Shown: positions 40,125 to 56,821 of the stretch, piece after piece
Position numbering within the stretch: position 1 is the stretch's first letter
Layout of the letters: each line of letters opens with the position of its first letter
The notes under the pieces: model-generated
Seen by the model: only the letters and a program-made list of their open reading frames with translations
Databases searched by the model: none
What the model was told of the DNA's origin: nothing
Source of the DNA: Chrysomallon squamiferum
Lineage: Eukaryota > Animalia > Mollusca
Assembly (NCBI GenBank): GCA_012295275.1
Contig: CM022679.1
Coordinates: 23,994,001 to 24,058,000, forward strand
Direction of reading: 5' to 3'
DNA length: 64,000 nucleotides
Made by a program: the position numbers and the translations under genes

Positions 40125-40372
40125 ACCATTTTCATTTACAAATATTTTATTAAATCGTGTGGAAACAGAAGGCATCCTTGTCTAACTACAACCATGAACA
40201 CGTTTTCCAGCGGTATATGATTTTTTTTTTTTTTTTTTAAACGATGAAACAAAGAGAAACAATTGAAATTAACTGTACGAGACAAAGACCATTTTCATTT
40301 ACAAATACTTAATTAAAACGTACGGAAACAGAAGGCATCCTTGTCTAACTACAACCATGAACACGATTTCCA
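40125..40372. repeat. 85-bp direct duplication, 163-bp period
   Basis: 40125-40209 versus 40288-40372 (accattttcatttacaaata...ggaaacagaaggcatccttgtctaactacaaccatgaacacg) with few mismatches. Confidence 0.95.
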
Positions 40373-41238
40373 CAGATATCGAAAACTGTCTGGCAAATAC
40401 TCGTTTATCTGCTGACGTGCACATCTGTTATTTGAAATAGTCCATCGTAACTGAAGCACCAGATCTATTTATTTCGTAATCTCTTGATTGCACTTCCCAA
40501 CTGCGTGATAGATGAAAGACTTTAGGTAGACGCTGAAACACACCTCTCTAACTCTTGCCAATTCGCGCCTGTCACACAACGTTACTGACTAAGCTGTGAG
40601 ATATACGCTATCGCTTGACTAATGATATGTATGCTGTATGGTGCAAGAAATAAAAGATTCTGCTGCGATATAAAGTATTTATCTTTGGAGCTGTGAACAT
40701 ACGGTTGCCTTGTTGTACTTGGGCTGTTGTTATGGTTTCAACAGTTTAGCTGATTGGTATACTTGCTTTTATATTTGCTGTTTATTTATTTGTATCAATC
40801 TTATGTTTTAATGGATGTCACTAATTCAGCCTGTTTGTTATTGTTGCTGTTATTTTTATTCTTTATTAAATCTTTCTGTGTTTTAAAAAAAACAACAAAA
40901 AAAACAACACCCCCAAAAAAAAAAACAAGAAGAAACAAACAAACAAAAAACAACTTAAGTACTTTTTGATATATATATTTATATATATATATATATAAAA
41001 TAAAATAAATAAATAAATAAATATCAACGATTGGCGTCAAACTAAGGACTAAAGTAAAATAATACTCAATAACTATAGAATATTTATTTACAGTTTGAAA
41101 CTCTTTTTTTATATTTAATTATATAAAGATATTTACATTCTTAAAACATTATTTAAATACATCATAAACATAGAACTGCACGGCTCCACACATCCATTAA
41201 TTCATAACTCGATTATTATATTATTTTTATTGTCTTAA

Positions 41239-41270
<32 letters not shown>

Positions 41271-42428
41271 CAATTATCTTTAGTCGAAATTAAACTACTC
41301 TCTAGCGACTACTATGAAATATTTATCATCCAGAGTTAGAGCTTCGGGTCTTGACATTACATTTTACATCAAAGAGACTGTACGAACACATTTAAACAAT
41401 TAGAACTTTCTACGTCTAGTGATTTTTTTAATCAGCAGTGATCCCCGGAGACGTCGTGTCAGTTACGTGTTGGGAGATAACTACGACGATGGCTTAGTGT
41501 TGTCATCTATCATCAGAATGTGTGGAAAGAAGTTGTAGTTCATGGCGACGTCGTGGTCTGTGTTTTTAGCAAAATTGTGACATCTTCCTGTGAAAAGGAA
41601 TCATCTTGAAATTTCAGCTATTATTTCGGGAAATTAAATTAAAAATATTTGCATTGCTGTTCTGGATCGCCAAAAAATGACACATCATTTCCTTTGTTAA
41701 ATCTGTCTTGGCACTTTGTCTGGAATGTGAAATTTACCAATGAGCGAACTATATTAGAAGACTGGATTACAATAATCTTTATCATTATCCTCATCATTAC
41801 CAAAAAAAAACAAATTATGACAATAAAATTGATTATCATAATAATGTGATTTTAAATGAATAAAATACAGTTCTTCAATTTATGATGAAGTTTAAGAGAA
41901 AGAAACTGTGTGGATGATAATAATGTACGAAAAGAGTTTAGCGGATCTTAAATGTATATCTTAGTGCACGATGACTTCAAGACGTTATTCTTTACACATA
42001 CTCGTAATTCTAACACTTAATTAATTTACTTCAGTACATTCGCAATCCGCTGTAACTCAGCACCACATGTTTAATATCTGCATGGTGTCCAGTATTAAAA
42101 AACACTTGTTAATAAATTATTTAGATGTAATTATTCTGACACCTATCGAAAGATGGCTGATTGTGAAGGGAGACAACCCCTGTCACCTTCAGCTGATTAC
42201 AGTTTTAGACAGATCTGCGAAAACCCCGCATCAGAGCTTAAGCTTTTGTTTTTATAACAATAGGCGTAATGAGGGCAATCGATAAGAACAATTTAGAAGT
42301 AAGCAGTTTTTCTGACAATCATTAATATCGGGTATTGTTAGTATTATACAGGTACCGAGTTTGGGATAATTTAGAAAGAAGATCAAATTGATTTAGTAAA
42401 ACTTTATAGACTGTAATAAGTAGGAAGG

Positions 42429-42664
<236 letters not shown>

Positions 42665-43473
42665 CGAGATTGCATTTAAAATGAACTATGGTCAATTCAG
42701 TACTCACAAAGAAAAATTAAATGAAGAAAAATAAGAAGAAAGAAAACAGTCTGTACATATATTCAATTCCACGAACAAACAAACAATTGAATACAACGAC
42801 CCAATACTATAAAAAAAATATATATATATTATAAAACTATTATAAAGATGTAATAACATGATAAAAAAAAGTAGGAAAACAAAGGATATTACATCAATAT
42901 ATCGACTGTTAATAATATTTACAAATAAGCTGAGATAGCGGCAGAAATTATCACCTGACCATGACTAAATATTAATTAAGTTAGAACGTGTTTTTGAGAG
43001 AATGTCAGTCGATACAACAGCAGATGTACGCGCGGACTTGCCACGGTTTATCATGGTCAAGTTATTTATCGTTCGTCGGCGGCATAAACAATCTAAACGC
43101 AATAAAAACGACATGCGAACCTCACTGTAAGGCTTACATATTTAAAAACCCACTTGCCCACATTTGTAAGGTCATCGACTTTAATTTAAGGTTCTTGCCG
43201 CAATAAATTTTATGTCCTCTTTAAAACGTAAAGTACCGCAACATGTAAACGTAGAGACAAACCCGCGTTCGCCATCGCCGGCTAATCTGCGGTATCGACA
43301 GGCCGCCTTGTTTTATAGCATATTTAGTTTGGAGGTTAGACGCTTCGGGACAAACGGCTGTCGAACCGTGTCGTTTATGCACGAATCTCGACGGGAATCT
43401 GTTTTTAATATTCTGCCGTCTCAAGTTTCCCATTCACTCCGAAAGAGGGATCCACCTTCGGGAAAGACGTAGA

Positions 43474-43518
43474 CCAATCAATAATCTTTAAGACATCATG
43501 TGATCTGCCCAGCATAAA
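43474..43518 (+). promoter_or_regulatory. candidate HS3ST promoter (CCAAT box and TATA-like CATAAA in a CpG-rich patch)
   Basis: CCAAT at 43474-43478, CATAAA at 43513-43518, CpG-rich 43000-43720. Confidence 0.35.
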
Positions 43519-43792
43519 CACGGCTTCGGGAATGGAGAGACAGGGTGAGTGCGTGAGAGAGAGATGCTTGTACTACGCTGCGTTGTAACAAAACACGAAG
43601 AACAGTGTGCTTTCCAGACGTGGAATTCTCATCCGGATAACAGAGACGAAATTTTATGATCGGGTTTTTGAAAGAAAATGGCCACCGTCCAGTCAGTGGA
43701 TCCGCCGTGACAGTCGTGGGACAAGATTAAAAAAACACAAAAAAACTAATAGATGGAAATAGAGAGTGAAATGAACGGTGTAAGATGACTAA

Positions 43793-44488
<696 letters not shown>

Positions 44489-45942
44489 TGAGTTTGTAGC
44501 TCGAGTCGGGTGAAATATTTACGTGATTGTGATAAGCAGTTTACACCTATTTAGCTTTCTCTGTTGAAAATACGTCATTAAAAGCCGTTAAAGATCTTAA
44601 GTGCTTTTTGATACTTTGTTAAAGACACCTAGATCATTATCCAGGCCCATATAAACAAAATGTATGCATAAATAAATGTAGTAGATCTTTTGATCTCGCA
44701 GTAGTTCGTTTATTCATTCTGGAAATCAGAATAAGTGTACAAAAGTCTGTGTACCTGGTTCATCCATGCGCTGATTTCTGTTATCTCTGTAATGATAATT
44801 GTCGAGGAGTGACAGATATTACGGTGGGAGTTTATAGATAACTGTGAATGAAAATTAATGATTGCTTCACGTTTAAATAGACAAGCGATAAGAAACTATT
44901 AAAGTCATACATAGCCTCGGTTCATATTAGTCACAGCAAAAATACCTTGTATTTACATTTAACGATTTTATCATTAACGTTTTAAAAAACCTTATGATAG
45001 TTCATCAGTAATTTTAATATTTCTGGAGGGTCTATGATTCATATTTTGTCATTTTTATCCATTATATATAAGCAATGTATATATATTTTATTTATCCATT
45101 TACTTAAATAATTTATTTAGAGTTAACTTGTGCACTTTGTATACTTTGTATATTTGATATATTTCAAAATGGGAAGATGAACGAATGAAACAATACAAGA
45201 AAATACGCAAGAAAAATAAACAAATAAGAACCAAAGAAAAAACTGGAAAGTATAAATAAATACTTAATTTTAGTAATTAAAAATGAGAATATCCCAAGAT
45301 AAAACAATTAAAATCTGTTTTTATTTACACTGATATATAAAACTCTGGTAACATTTATCGAATTTGTGTTTTAAGAATATGTCTATGTATATTCGTGTCT
45401 AAATGAACGTATTTTTATAGCATTATTTCCCCTCTCTCCCTCTCTCTCTGTCTGCCTCTCAAAATTCCTTTTTCAGGATCTCTTACACTATGTCACATAC
45501 ATATTCTCAAACTGTCAGTTTTTTTCGGAAGGATGTTATTCAGAGTTTCCGTTTGTAGTACGGAAACATAGAAACACTAAACGATGAAATACGAAGTATA
45601 AATCAAGTGGAAATCCTTTGTAAAGTGAAGAAAATTAACTCTTTCCCAGCTCATAATTGGAGAAGTATGACGAAAGCCAATAGGCTTTGATCGTCTTGGA
45701 AATTCGTGCATCTTCCAAAGACTTGGCTTTGCAAACCTTAATAAGGTTGATATAGCATTTCCAGCTTTGTAATAACAAAGTGCCGTAATTTCCCTTCCTT
45801 TCACTAATTCTTTCCGGTTTGTGCAATTAACACCGTGCAAGTGAAAGCCTGACAGAAACAGCTGAAAAAGTTAAGTTCATTGTATGAAATGCTACAAAGT
45901 TTTGAATATCGTTTAACACGAGCGCTCAGCTGTTTTTGTTAA

Positions 45943-46014
45943 CTGTGTCAGAGTTGTTTGAAAATTATGAACATTTCGCTGTGTCAGAGTTGGTTGAAAA
46001 TTATGAACATTTCG
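45943..46014. repeat. 36-bp tandem duplication
   Basis: ctgtgtcagagttg(t/g)ttgaaaattatgaacatttcg x2. Confidence 0.95.
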
Positions 46015-46076
46015 TTACGGATACTGTTTTAATTTTTCAATCTTTCTTACTTCATTTCCTTTCTTTCTTCCTTTAG

Positions 46077-46185
46077 GTTCAATCATTCATTCTTTTTTCC
46101 TTTCTTTCTTTCGTTCAATCATTCATTCTTTTTTCCTTTCTTTCTTTCGTTCAATCATTCGTTCTTTTTTCCTTTTTTTCTTTCT
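46077..46185. repeat. ~36-bp pyrimidine-rich tandem repeat x3
   Basis: gttcaatcattcattcttttttcctttctttctttc repeated three times. Confidence 0.9.
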
Positions 46186-46349
46186 TCATTCCTCCATACC
46201 AAGTTATTTTATTTTGGCAGATGGAATATTATCTTCTTCTTTGTCATTAACACTTTCTTGTCTGTCTTTCCTTTTATTTCTTTTTCAATCTTCCTTCCAT
46301 TACTTTTTTCAATGTAATTCTTGTTTACAGTTCATTGAAAGTTTATTTA

Positions 46350-46449
<100 letters not shown>

Positions 46450-47134
46450 TCTCTCCTGCATCCTTCAGTTTTTCTTAATTACTTGTTTGGATTTTAAAAT
46501 TATTATTATTATTTTTTTTTTACATATAAATTATTTTTTCAACTGAAAAAACAAAGAAAACAAAATTATATGTACAAACATCAACAACAACAATGAGAAA
46601 AACAATGGTAGCAACAATATAAATAATAGTAGTAGCAGCAGTTGTAGCAACAAACAAACAACTAGAAAGCATTATAAATCCCACTGTAGGCCACATCATT
46701 ATTTGTTTTAACATTTATATAATGGATATGAATTATTGTTTTCTGTTAAGAGAGTGTTTTGTGTGAAGGACCACATTAGAAATTTCTGAAACCCAATATC
46801 TAATTAAAAACAAAAAAAACAAACTATCCCAAATAAAAATAGATAAGAACTAGCTGAAAATTTTTTTCCAATATATTTCTGTTATCACAGCAATATTTCA
46901 TTTTTGAACTTAATATAGTTATTGAGACAACAATTACAGACATAATTAAAGTAAGAGAAGTAAACATATTAAAAGTCACTTAATAACTGTACGAGAATGA
47001 ACACCAAAATACATGAATATATAATTAAATGTATTTGAATATAAGTAGATAATTATAGATATCATTTCTGACTGAACTATGAGAAACCGAAAATTAACTG
47101 CAGTAGTAAAACATTCAGATGTACCAAACTTATT

Positions 47135-47197
<63 letters not shown>

Positions 47198-47760
47198 TAT
47201 ATATATATATTTTTTTTTTTTTATTATTGTATGTAAGTATATTCATATCTATGTACTCACACACACACAAACTGTCATTTCCAACAATCTTTACGTCTTT
47301 TTTGTAACAATTTATAGTAACACATAAAATGAATATAAAAGAATCCATGGACATTTTTACACTTCCGACATCTGTTAAAAAACGTTAACGTTGAAACTAG
47401 TTTCTAGAAGCAGCAAACATAATAAAATATGAAACACAAAGTTATGTCGAAATAATTACTTACTGACGTGGGCAAACAGTGAAATAAAAACATTTGTGTT
47501 ACAAGGGGCGTTACGTCAAGAAGTCACTATCTGTACGTTTTTACCATCTGGACGTGATTTTCATTGCGCAACATATGTTATCATTGATTAGTTGTTACTA
47601 CTGAACATTAACTTTGAGTTTAGTACTAAATAAATAACTGCTCTTTAACTTACTGAAGGGGAAGGGAAGATCTGAAGGTAGGGAAGGGTTGGTGGAGTTT
47701 TTCATAAAGTAAGATTTATTTATTTATTTATTTGGATTATTAATTTATTTTCCTTTTTTA

Positions 47761-47960
<200 letters not shown>

Positions 47961-48721
47961 ACTATCTGAATACCTCTGTAATCTATCTACTTGTCCATAT
48001 ATCTGTCTATCTATCTCTTTGTATGTGTGGCTCTGGCTATTTCTAACTGTCTATCTTTCTTTTCTTTGTTTCTTTCTCAACGCTCATAACAACACTGTAA
48101 TGTGTTAGACAACAACATTGACCCCATTCCCACTAATCTTCACTTAAAAACTGCTTCCATGATGTTCTCCGTGTACCCCACAAACACTGTACTTGGAACC
48201 GCACCATGCAGTGTGTGCATAAAAAATGTACGAACTTGTCGTTTCTGTTTTTCTCATAGCCGGTCATTCTGTTGGTTATGCCAGGCAATAACGTACGGTT
48301 AATCACTTGATTATTATATTTATGGCTCACGAAATGTCTATGGACGACCACATCCGAAACATTTAGTAGCCCCGTTTAGACAATAACAGTCCGATGAACG
48401 GAAACTAATGTCTTGGCAGTTTTGGTTCAGGTACCACAAGTCAGGCTGTGCCGCTGCTGATGAGATAATGGTAGAGTGAAGTAGTGAAAATTAACTCAGC
48501 ATATGTTAAATGGTCATTTGGGTTTTACATTTTTTTCTCTTTCTCTTTCTCTCTTTTTTTTTTCCGCCCTTTGTGAGAGGAAGCGTGTTTTAGTGATGGA
48601 TCAAAGTGTGAAAAGAAAAGAAAAGAAGATATTGGAAAGGAGGAAAATATGTACTGATTGTATATGTGTATATCTGAGAGAATGTGTGCATGATAGTGTC
48701 TATGTGTGTATAGATCTACGT

Positions 48722-48776
<55 letters not shown>

Positions 48777-48888
48777 CACACATATATAATATATATATAT
48801 ATATACACAAACATTCATATACAGAGATAGAATGAGCGAGGGAGAGAGAGAGAGATACACAGAGAGAAAGAGAGAGAGACAGAGAGAG

Positions 48889-48951
<63 letters not shown>

Positions 48952-51071
48952 TAGAGAGAGAGATATTTTGAACCAGGAAACAGTAAATGTAGTTACTTTT
49001 TGAACCAACAAACAAACAAACAAACTGAAAAAATAGAAAAAAACAAACAAAAAAATAAAAAAAATAAACAGTTAAATAAATAAAAGAAAGTGCTCTAGAT
49101 AATAATAGTAGCTTTCAGAAACTTTAGAATTTCCTAACTAAATATAGCTCTAATGATAATATTCAAAATATTTTTAACCCGAAACAGATTTAAAATCATC
49201 TTTGTTTTCATTCCTTTTCAAATATATTTTATTGTTGCTAACGGTATCCTGCATTTACTTATAGTTCAGCTGCTATCACTATATAAAAATAAATTTTTAT
49301 TGACATGGTTTGTTGTAAAAATGAGAGTATTGCTGTTTCATGTGCATTACACGCATTCCAGAGCTTCTTCCATTGTAAAGACTGAAACATTTAAAGTAAT
49401 AAATATCTTTAGGATTTCCTGCATATGTGATTCCTTTTGTTTGAAACGAGAATCTCCATTAAGTATAAAAGCGAAATACTTTGCTTTGGCATGTTATTTA
49501 TGTGTTTCCTGTCTATGTGTCTAAAAAGAAAGATATAGAGAAACTGAAAAAGAAAGAAAAATGTTGAAAACGAAATGTAAAAAAAATTAAAAATAAAAAA
49601 TATAGCTAACAATAAAAAGAACGGCAACAATAACAGCTATAATAATGAAGATGATAAAAATAATAACAGTAGCTTTAGCTCTAGTAGTATCTGTGAAGTA
49701 GTATTAATATAAATAACAACAACAACAACAACATCAACACTAATAAATAAATAAATAGATAATTTTGATGATGATGATAATAATAATGGTAGTGTTGTAG
49801 AAAATTAATTGTAGCAGTGCTCATCATCATCATCATCATCATTATCGCCAACAGCATCATCATGAAAATCATAAACATTGTACATTCTGGTATATAATTA
49901 CACACATCCAATCCAATCATCACGAAATACGAAACTAAATCCTCTACTTTGTCTTGGGGCAAATCTGTTCTGATTTTTGGCGCCACCAGTCACGAGCTTG
50001 GTATCTCACACGTGCAATATTTCTTACTTCTGAGATTATCGAAGCTTTCAGAACATATTTCGAATGCAGACGCACAGAAGCTGATTATTACTAAAAATAC
50101 AGATCTGACTAACCTCCGGTGTTTTGCCATCACTGGACCGTATTTGACTTATCACTTTTATCTTCCAAACAGACCAGCATTGTCGATGACTATCTTTCTA
50201 ATTAACATTATTTTGTTAAAAGTTCCGTTTGCCATAGGTTAATGGAATGTGGTGATGGATAGATAGCTTTTTTTTTCTTTTTTTTATTAAAGTTACGCCC
50301 AATGTATTAACAATAAAACATACCAGAAACATTCTTAATGAAAAAAAACGAATTTGTAGGGTTATTCTTTATGAAGTTATGATCGATTTCAATAGAAATA
50401 AAAAGCCAAGTTATTTATTAACTTTATGTGGTGTGTGTTACTTTAATAATGGAATTACACTGGTAGTATTATTTAGGTATTTTAACCAACGAGAGAATTT
50501 AATGTTTTGGTTCAGTGATATTATTGAACATAACGTACTTAAAATACATATACGCGATCATTAATGATTTTTTATTTTTTTAAATTTCATTTAATTTCCT
50601 CTTTTTGTTTCTTTTGAATTAGAGTATTAGCAAAAATATAAACTTCAATTATGTAAGTATTAACATCAAAGGAAATATGATTTTTTTAGTGTGTGTGTGT
50701 GCGTAAATATGTCTATGTATGAGCATGTGTGTGAGTGAGTCAATGTATATACTTGTGCAGTTTTACAAAAATTATAATTATAGTGAGAGATTTTGGTCGG
50801 AAATAATAACTATCTGTTGTGTATGTAAAGGAAATGAACTTTTCTGTTATTTCTCGACTATCTCAGCAGATCGAATGAATTTATGGAAGCATTCCAAATG
50901 ACTGGCGAAGTTTTCCATCTGCAAAGTTAACTTGATGAAAAGTTGTTAGAAGTTCTGATAGCTATCTCTTCACTTCATTTATTATTTACTCTTTTGCTTT
51001 ACGTTATCATGTCTGGTCCGGGAATAATTTCAACCATTGTAAACATAAATTCATGCATAATATATAAACAT

Positions 51072-51072
51072 A

Positions 51073-51103
<31 letters not shown>

Positions 51104-51465
51104 CATACATACATACATACATACATACATACATACATACATACAAAACGTACAAACATACATACATACATAAACATACATACGTACATACATACATACG
51201 TACATACATACATACACATACATACATACAAACGTACATACATACATACATATATAAACATACATACATACATACATACATAGATACATACATACATAAA
51301 TACATTCATAAATGCAAACATATAAATACATATATAAAAACATAAAAACACACGTACATACATATATAGATTATATACATACATACGCATATACATACAT
51401 ATATTCATATATATATACATATGCACATACATACATACATTTATACATATATACATACATACATG
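51072..51465. repeat. degenerate (TACA)n microsatellite
   Basis: Direct reading; it explains the MYVC/HTYI ORFs in the track. Confidence 0.95.
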
Positions 51466-51961
51466 GATATAGCTAGACAGACAGACAGACAAACATGCAG
51501 AAAGTCAGCCAAACACAAATACATATTTAAGGCATATTTTCTTTTTTTTTTCTCTTTTTTTTTTCACAAAATGTTATTACTGTTTTTAAGATGATTTATG
51601 AAAACACGTGAACACAAAATTGAGAGAGAAAAAATTACTGGAATCTTTATGAGATTTTTCAACAACGTGAGCGTCTGTTGCGACTTTGACACTAAACTGT
51701 TTATCAAACGACAGCAAAATTACTGCGAAGTCAGCTCGACTGAAAAAACAAAATAACAACAACAAAAAATCCCACCAAAAACACAAAAAGAAACAAAAAC
51801 ACGAACAAAAACCAAAAAAAACCCCGTAATATTTCTTAGATAATTATGTTTGAGTGTTTGAGTGAATGAGAATTTGTGCTGAACTTTTTATGTATTGTTA
51901 GGTGGAATTATTTGTGTGTATACAGATGCTTCAAAATACCTTACTCTACTACTCTAAAATA

Positions 51962-52094
<133 letters not shown>

Positions 52095-52766
52095 TGCGTA
52101 CATACATACATACATACATGCATACATACATGCATACATATATATATATATAACCATCTTAAAATTTTTATCCATTACAGTCTTGCACACACATATATAT
52201 ATATACAATTGCCAAATTGACACTGCTTCACACATAATTCTGGCTCTTTTGAAATCTGCCCAGAATAGCAACGTGAAACATTAATTACTGCCATGTAAAA
52301 TAACTTCCTAAAATGATAATTAATTGCAACAGACTACAGATCATAGACGATAACTGTCGTATTTTAACATTCGGCTGATTGTTAAACACTATCTGTTATT
52401 GCTTTTTGCTTCTCTGTGGATGCGCACACCTTTGGGACTGCAAATGGATGCGGAACTATCTAACGCTTATTCATAGTTTAAATGTGGCGGTAATCTGCCA
52501 CGTTTTAACTGTCATTAGGAGAGAAAATACGTAGATAAAGAATGAGTTTATATATTGTTTCAGATGATAATAGCAAGGTCAGTAATGTTTAATGTTTCTG
52601 TATCTAGCTGGAAGGTCCAAACAAAACATTTATGGTATGACGTTTGCTACATATGCTAAAAACAATTTGCCTGAACAGTATAAAGGTTATGTAACGTTTG
52701 TTGATTTTGTTAAGAGGAAAGGTATTTTTGAATGGAAAACAGGCATGAGGTATTTCTTATCATTTG

Positions 52767-52831
<65 letters not shown>

Positions 52832-55364
52832 ACAACACCTACAACAGTTATAATAATATGGTGATGATGATACTAATGTAAAAATAATAAATATTAGTAA
52901 TAAATATTAAATCTACCTTTAGATTTATGTTTTTCAATAACAGACACATTATAAAGAATATAACTTTTATTAAATCATTTATTAGACTCTATTGTCAAAT
53001 TGGCTTGACAATTTCATGCATCATTTCCCTCAGATAGATTTTATACGAAGAGAGAAAAAAAAAAAGAAGAAAAAAAAAAAAGATGAATTAACACTGTCAC
53101 AAACGAACAATTAATACAGTTCTCTCGCACCCAGAGGTCCTTGCCGAACCACAAGTGATGGACTTACAATTTAACCATACATTCAGCAGACCTTTAGAAC
53201 ACTTAATCAGGGAAAGATCGTCCAATTATCCGCCATGTTGCAAACACAGATAAGTTGACTGGTAACAAAAACCTTGACTGACATGTACAGCAACAGACTG
53301 TTCGTCCCTGGTGTTTACAAAGCAATCCATTGTAATCTGCTACCAATTGCCAAAGTCTCCGCCGGTCCGGAGAGCTGTCGAGTTCTGGACGTCAGTTGTC
53401 GGTCTGGTATAAAATTAGGACTGACATGAGACACGAAACGATTCGCATGACAGGCAGATTTGCGTTTGATAATTGAGTTTAATGCCAAGTACGTAGCGTA
53501 GACTATCTTCTTGATAATGGTGACAATGAAGTAGTCGTTTTTCTTCAGTGCCGCGTATTGTAACGGTTGCCAAGAGGATGTTTTGTTCGCGAGAGCAATA
53601 ATTTTGCCATCAAAGGATAAAATAATGTTTTAATTCTTTAGATCAAGATGAGCATCGTTGTCGTGGCCGCGGTGGTCCTAATTACCGGAGGAAATGACAA
53701 AAGAAAAACAAAATAGACTGACATTTGAATGACATTTATAATTAGGTGACTTTAATGGTTTAAGTCAGTTAGAAAATCAGGCGGACCACTCGAATGTTTG
53801 TCGGTCAATATTTCATAGTGGATTTATTAAAGCAGTGAAATTTGAAATTCAGGCTGACTGTTTTCCATATCCAGAAAACGCCATCACAGAAACATAATTT
53901 TATTTTAAAATTAGCTGAAGCAAGGAAATATGAATAAAACGTAAAACGAATGTGTATTTTTATATATGAATTTTTACAAACTCCTAGGAAACAAAGTCAT
54001 CAATGACAGTTATTTATATATAAATAATTTAAAACAAAAACTGAATACATACATTATAAGAAACATTACATATAAGAAATATTAACAGTAACAATGGCAG
54101 TATCTTAGCAATAACAATAATGCAGAAGTCGAACAAGAAGATGGAGATTGAAACAAATTAATAATTAACTAAATAATGATTACTGATAACAGATATCTCC
54201 GTTTCAGTAAAGTCCGGATCACAATTTAATTACAAACTAGTCAGTATCACAGAGTAACCATGACAGACGTCGCTGTAGTCGTACATACCGAGACGTCAGT
54301 CGTTTCCTAAACGGCGTCATTGTGATGCTGAGCATGTCAGATAGTTATCTACGTGTTGTTAGACTGTAAGAATAGAAACAGACATTTTTTATTTGGAAAG
54401 GGATAAGGCAGTAGTCACAGTAAAGTGTAAATGGAACATGCCATTGTATAATATTTGTATTTTAATGTTTTAATTAAAATAAGGTATTGTATAAAACATT
54501 TTCTTAATCTACTAACAGAGAAAGATATTATATTGTATTCTAATGATGATATTTTACTTTAAGTTAGAGTGAAGTGGTTTATATCTATATCTATCTATCT
54601 ACCTATCTAACTATTGTCTGTGTATATGTGTGTGTATATATATATATATATATATGCATTTAAACTCAACAGTTACAGAAAACTGTAATTTCAAAGTATT
54701 AGATATAACTGTGTATTCTGTAACATGTATAATAAAGTCATATAAATCAGTTAAGAAAAGTTGATGTTGCTAGTGTATGGATTGGTAAGAGAGTAAACAT
54801 TTTGTAACAGTCTTATTTTGAACCTTGAAAAAAATTAACATGCTAATCAGAGTTATTTAATAACTCTGTCTTTGTAGTGGACTGTAAATGGGACACACAC
54901 TCGATGTATGTTAGACGATGATTTAATAAGATGTTACATCCAAAGACTTTTTGTTTTTGTTATAATTATATGTCCACAGTCGAAGGTACTTACATCTAGG
55001 AATAAACAATATGAAATGAAATGCATTAAAAAACTACTGAGAATTGAGTTAATTGGTTTTGTTTAAAGCACTGAATATAATCAAAATTTTACGAGCGAAT
55101 ATAAAATAAAATAAGTGGCTGAGCAAGTGAGAAAGTAAAAATGTAAGTAGGTATATAAGTAATTAAGTAAACAAGTATGTAAGTAAATAAAATAAAATAG
55201 AGAGATATAAAAATATACAGACAGACAGACAGACAGATAAAGAGAGAGATAAATAGACAAACAAATAGACAGATAAATACAAAACAACAATCAAAAAACA
55301 AACAAACAAATAAATAAATAGATATATATATATATATAGATAGATAGGTAGACAGATGGATGGG

Positions 55365-55399
<35 letters not shown>

Positions 55400-56049
55400 G
55401 TAGACGGATGGATAGATAGAAAGATAGATAGATAGATAGATCAAAGAAAATTTTGTTTATGTATGTATGTATAACAAATATTTAATAATACAAATATGTA
55501 AATAAGAAAGACCGCTAACAATAACTTTTCAAGTTAAAAGAAAAATAACAGCAAATTAAGAATCACAAAAAAATATGTTTATTCGTTTACGTGGCAAGTA
55601 TTTTCGTTTCTTCTTTGTGTATTTATACAGTTACCCAAGACACTGTTTATACAGCGTTGTTTCTCTGTTGTCTAACACATAGCTTTTTGTTTCGAAACAT
55701 GTGAAAGTGATATAGTTTTCGGTCGGTACTCTCAGACGTTTTGAGGAGTTGCAACAACTGTTCTTTTCTGCCGTTTCGCCGTCTGTTGCAGTAGTTTTCA
55801 AGTTCAGTGCAAAAGGTCGTTTGCGGGATTCTGCGGTAACTGAATGTTCATATTTTTGATGTAATATGACTTTTTAATTTTGTTTCTTATTAAGTTGTTG
55901 TTGTTTTTGGGAGATTTTTTCTTCTTATTTTTACGTTTATTTTTTTTTATTTTACACTAATATTACATTAAGTTGATGCACATTGACATTTTAGACAATA
56001 ATGTTTAGTCATAACTGTATTTCTTTATCTGTTTGTCTATCTCTCTCTG

Positions 56050-56163
<114 letters not shown>

Positions 56164-56697
56164 AACATACATATACATAACCTCTGTCTAACATAAATTA
56201 TTCATATTTCAATAGACTAACTGATGGTTAAACTATTGAGAAACAGGCGAGCATAAAATAATTACAGCAGCTAAATCATTTAACTGTAGTATACACAAAC
56301 TGTGTTATTCATCAAATTCCTGAACACACTCGTTGTTACTGAAATAGATACAGTATAACAATAAATGATAATAATGACTCAGGAATGTCAAGATTATGTA
56401 TCTACTGCCACAGTGATTTAGAAACGTGACTATTTACTGATATATGTTGTCAGACTGTTAGCTGTATTCTCGTTGTAGTGATAGACGTACAAGGAACGAG
56501 ATCATTTCTGTGATCTGCTAACAGAACTGTTTAATAACACATTGTCAGCATTGAGTAGCAGCCAGGAATGGATCCAGTGTATCAGAAAAGGGGAGGTGCA
56601 TAATAATTAAGGGTAAAATACAGCTTTGCCGGTTAAATAATTTCGATTGTGAAATTAAAACTATGTTTCAGTAAAAAACAAAACAATAAAAAACCAA

Positions 56698-56821
<124 letters not shown>
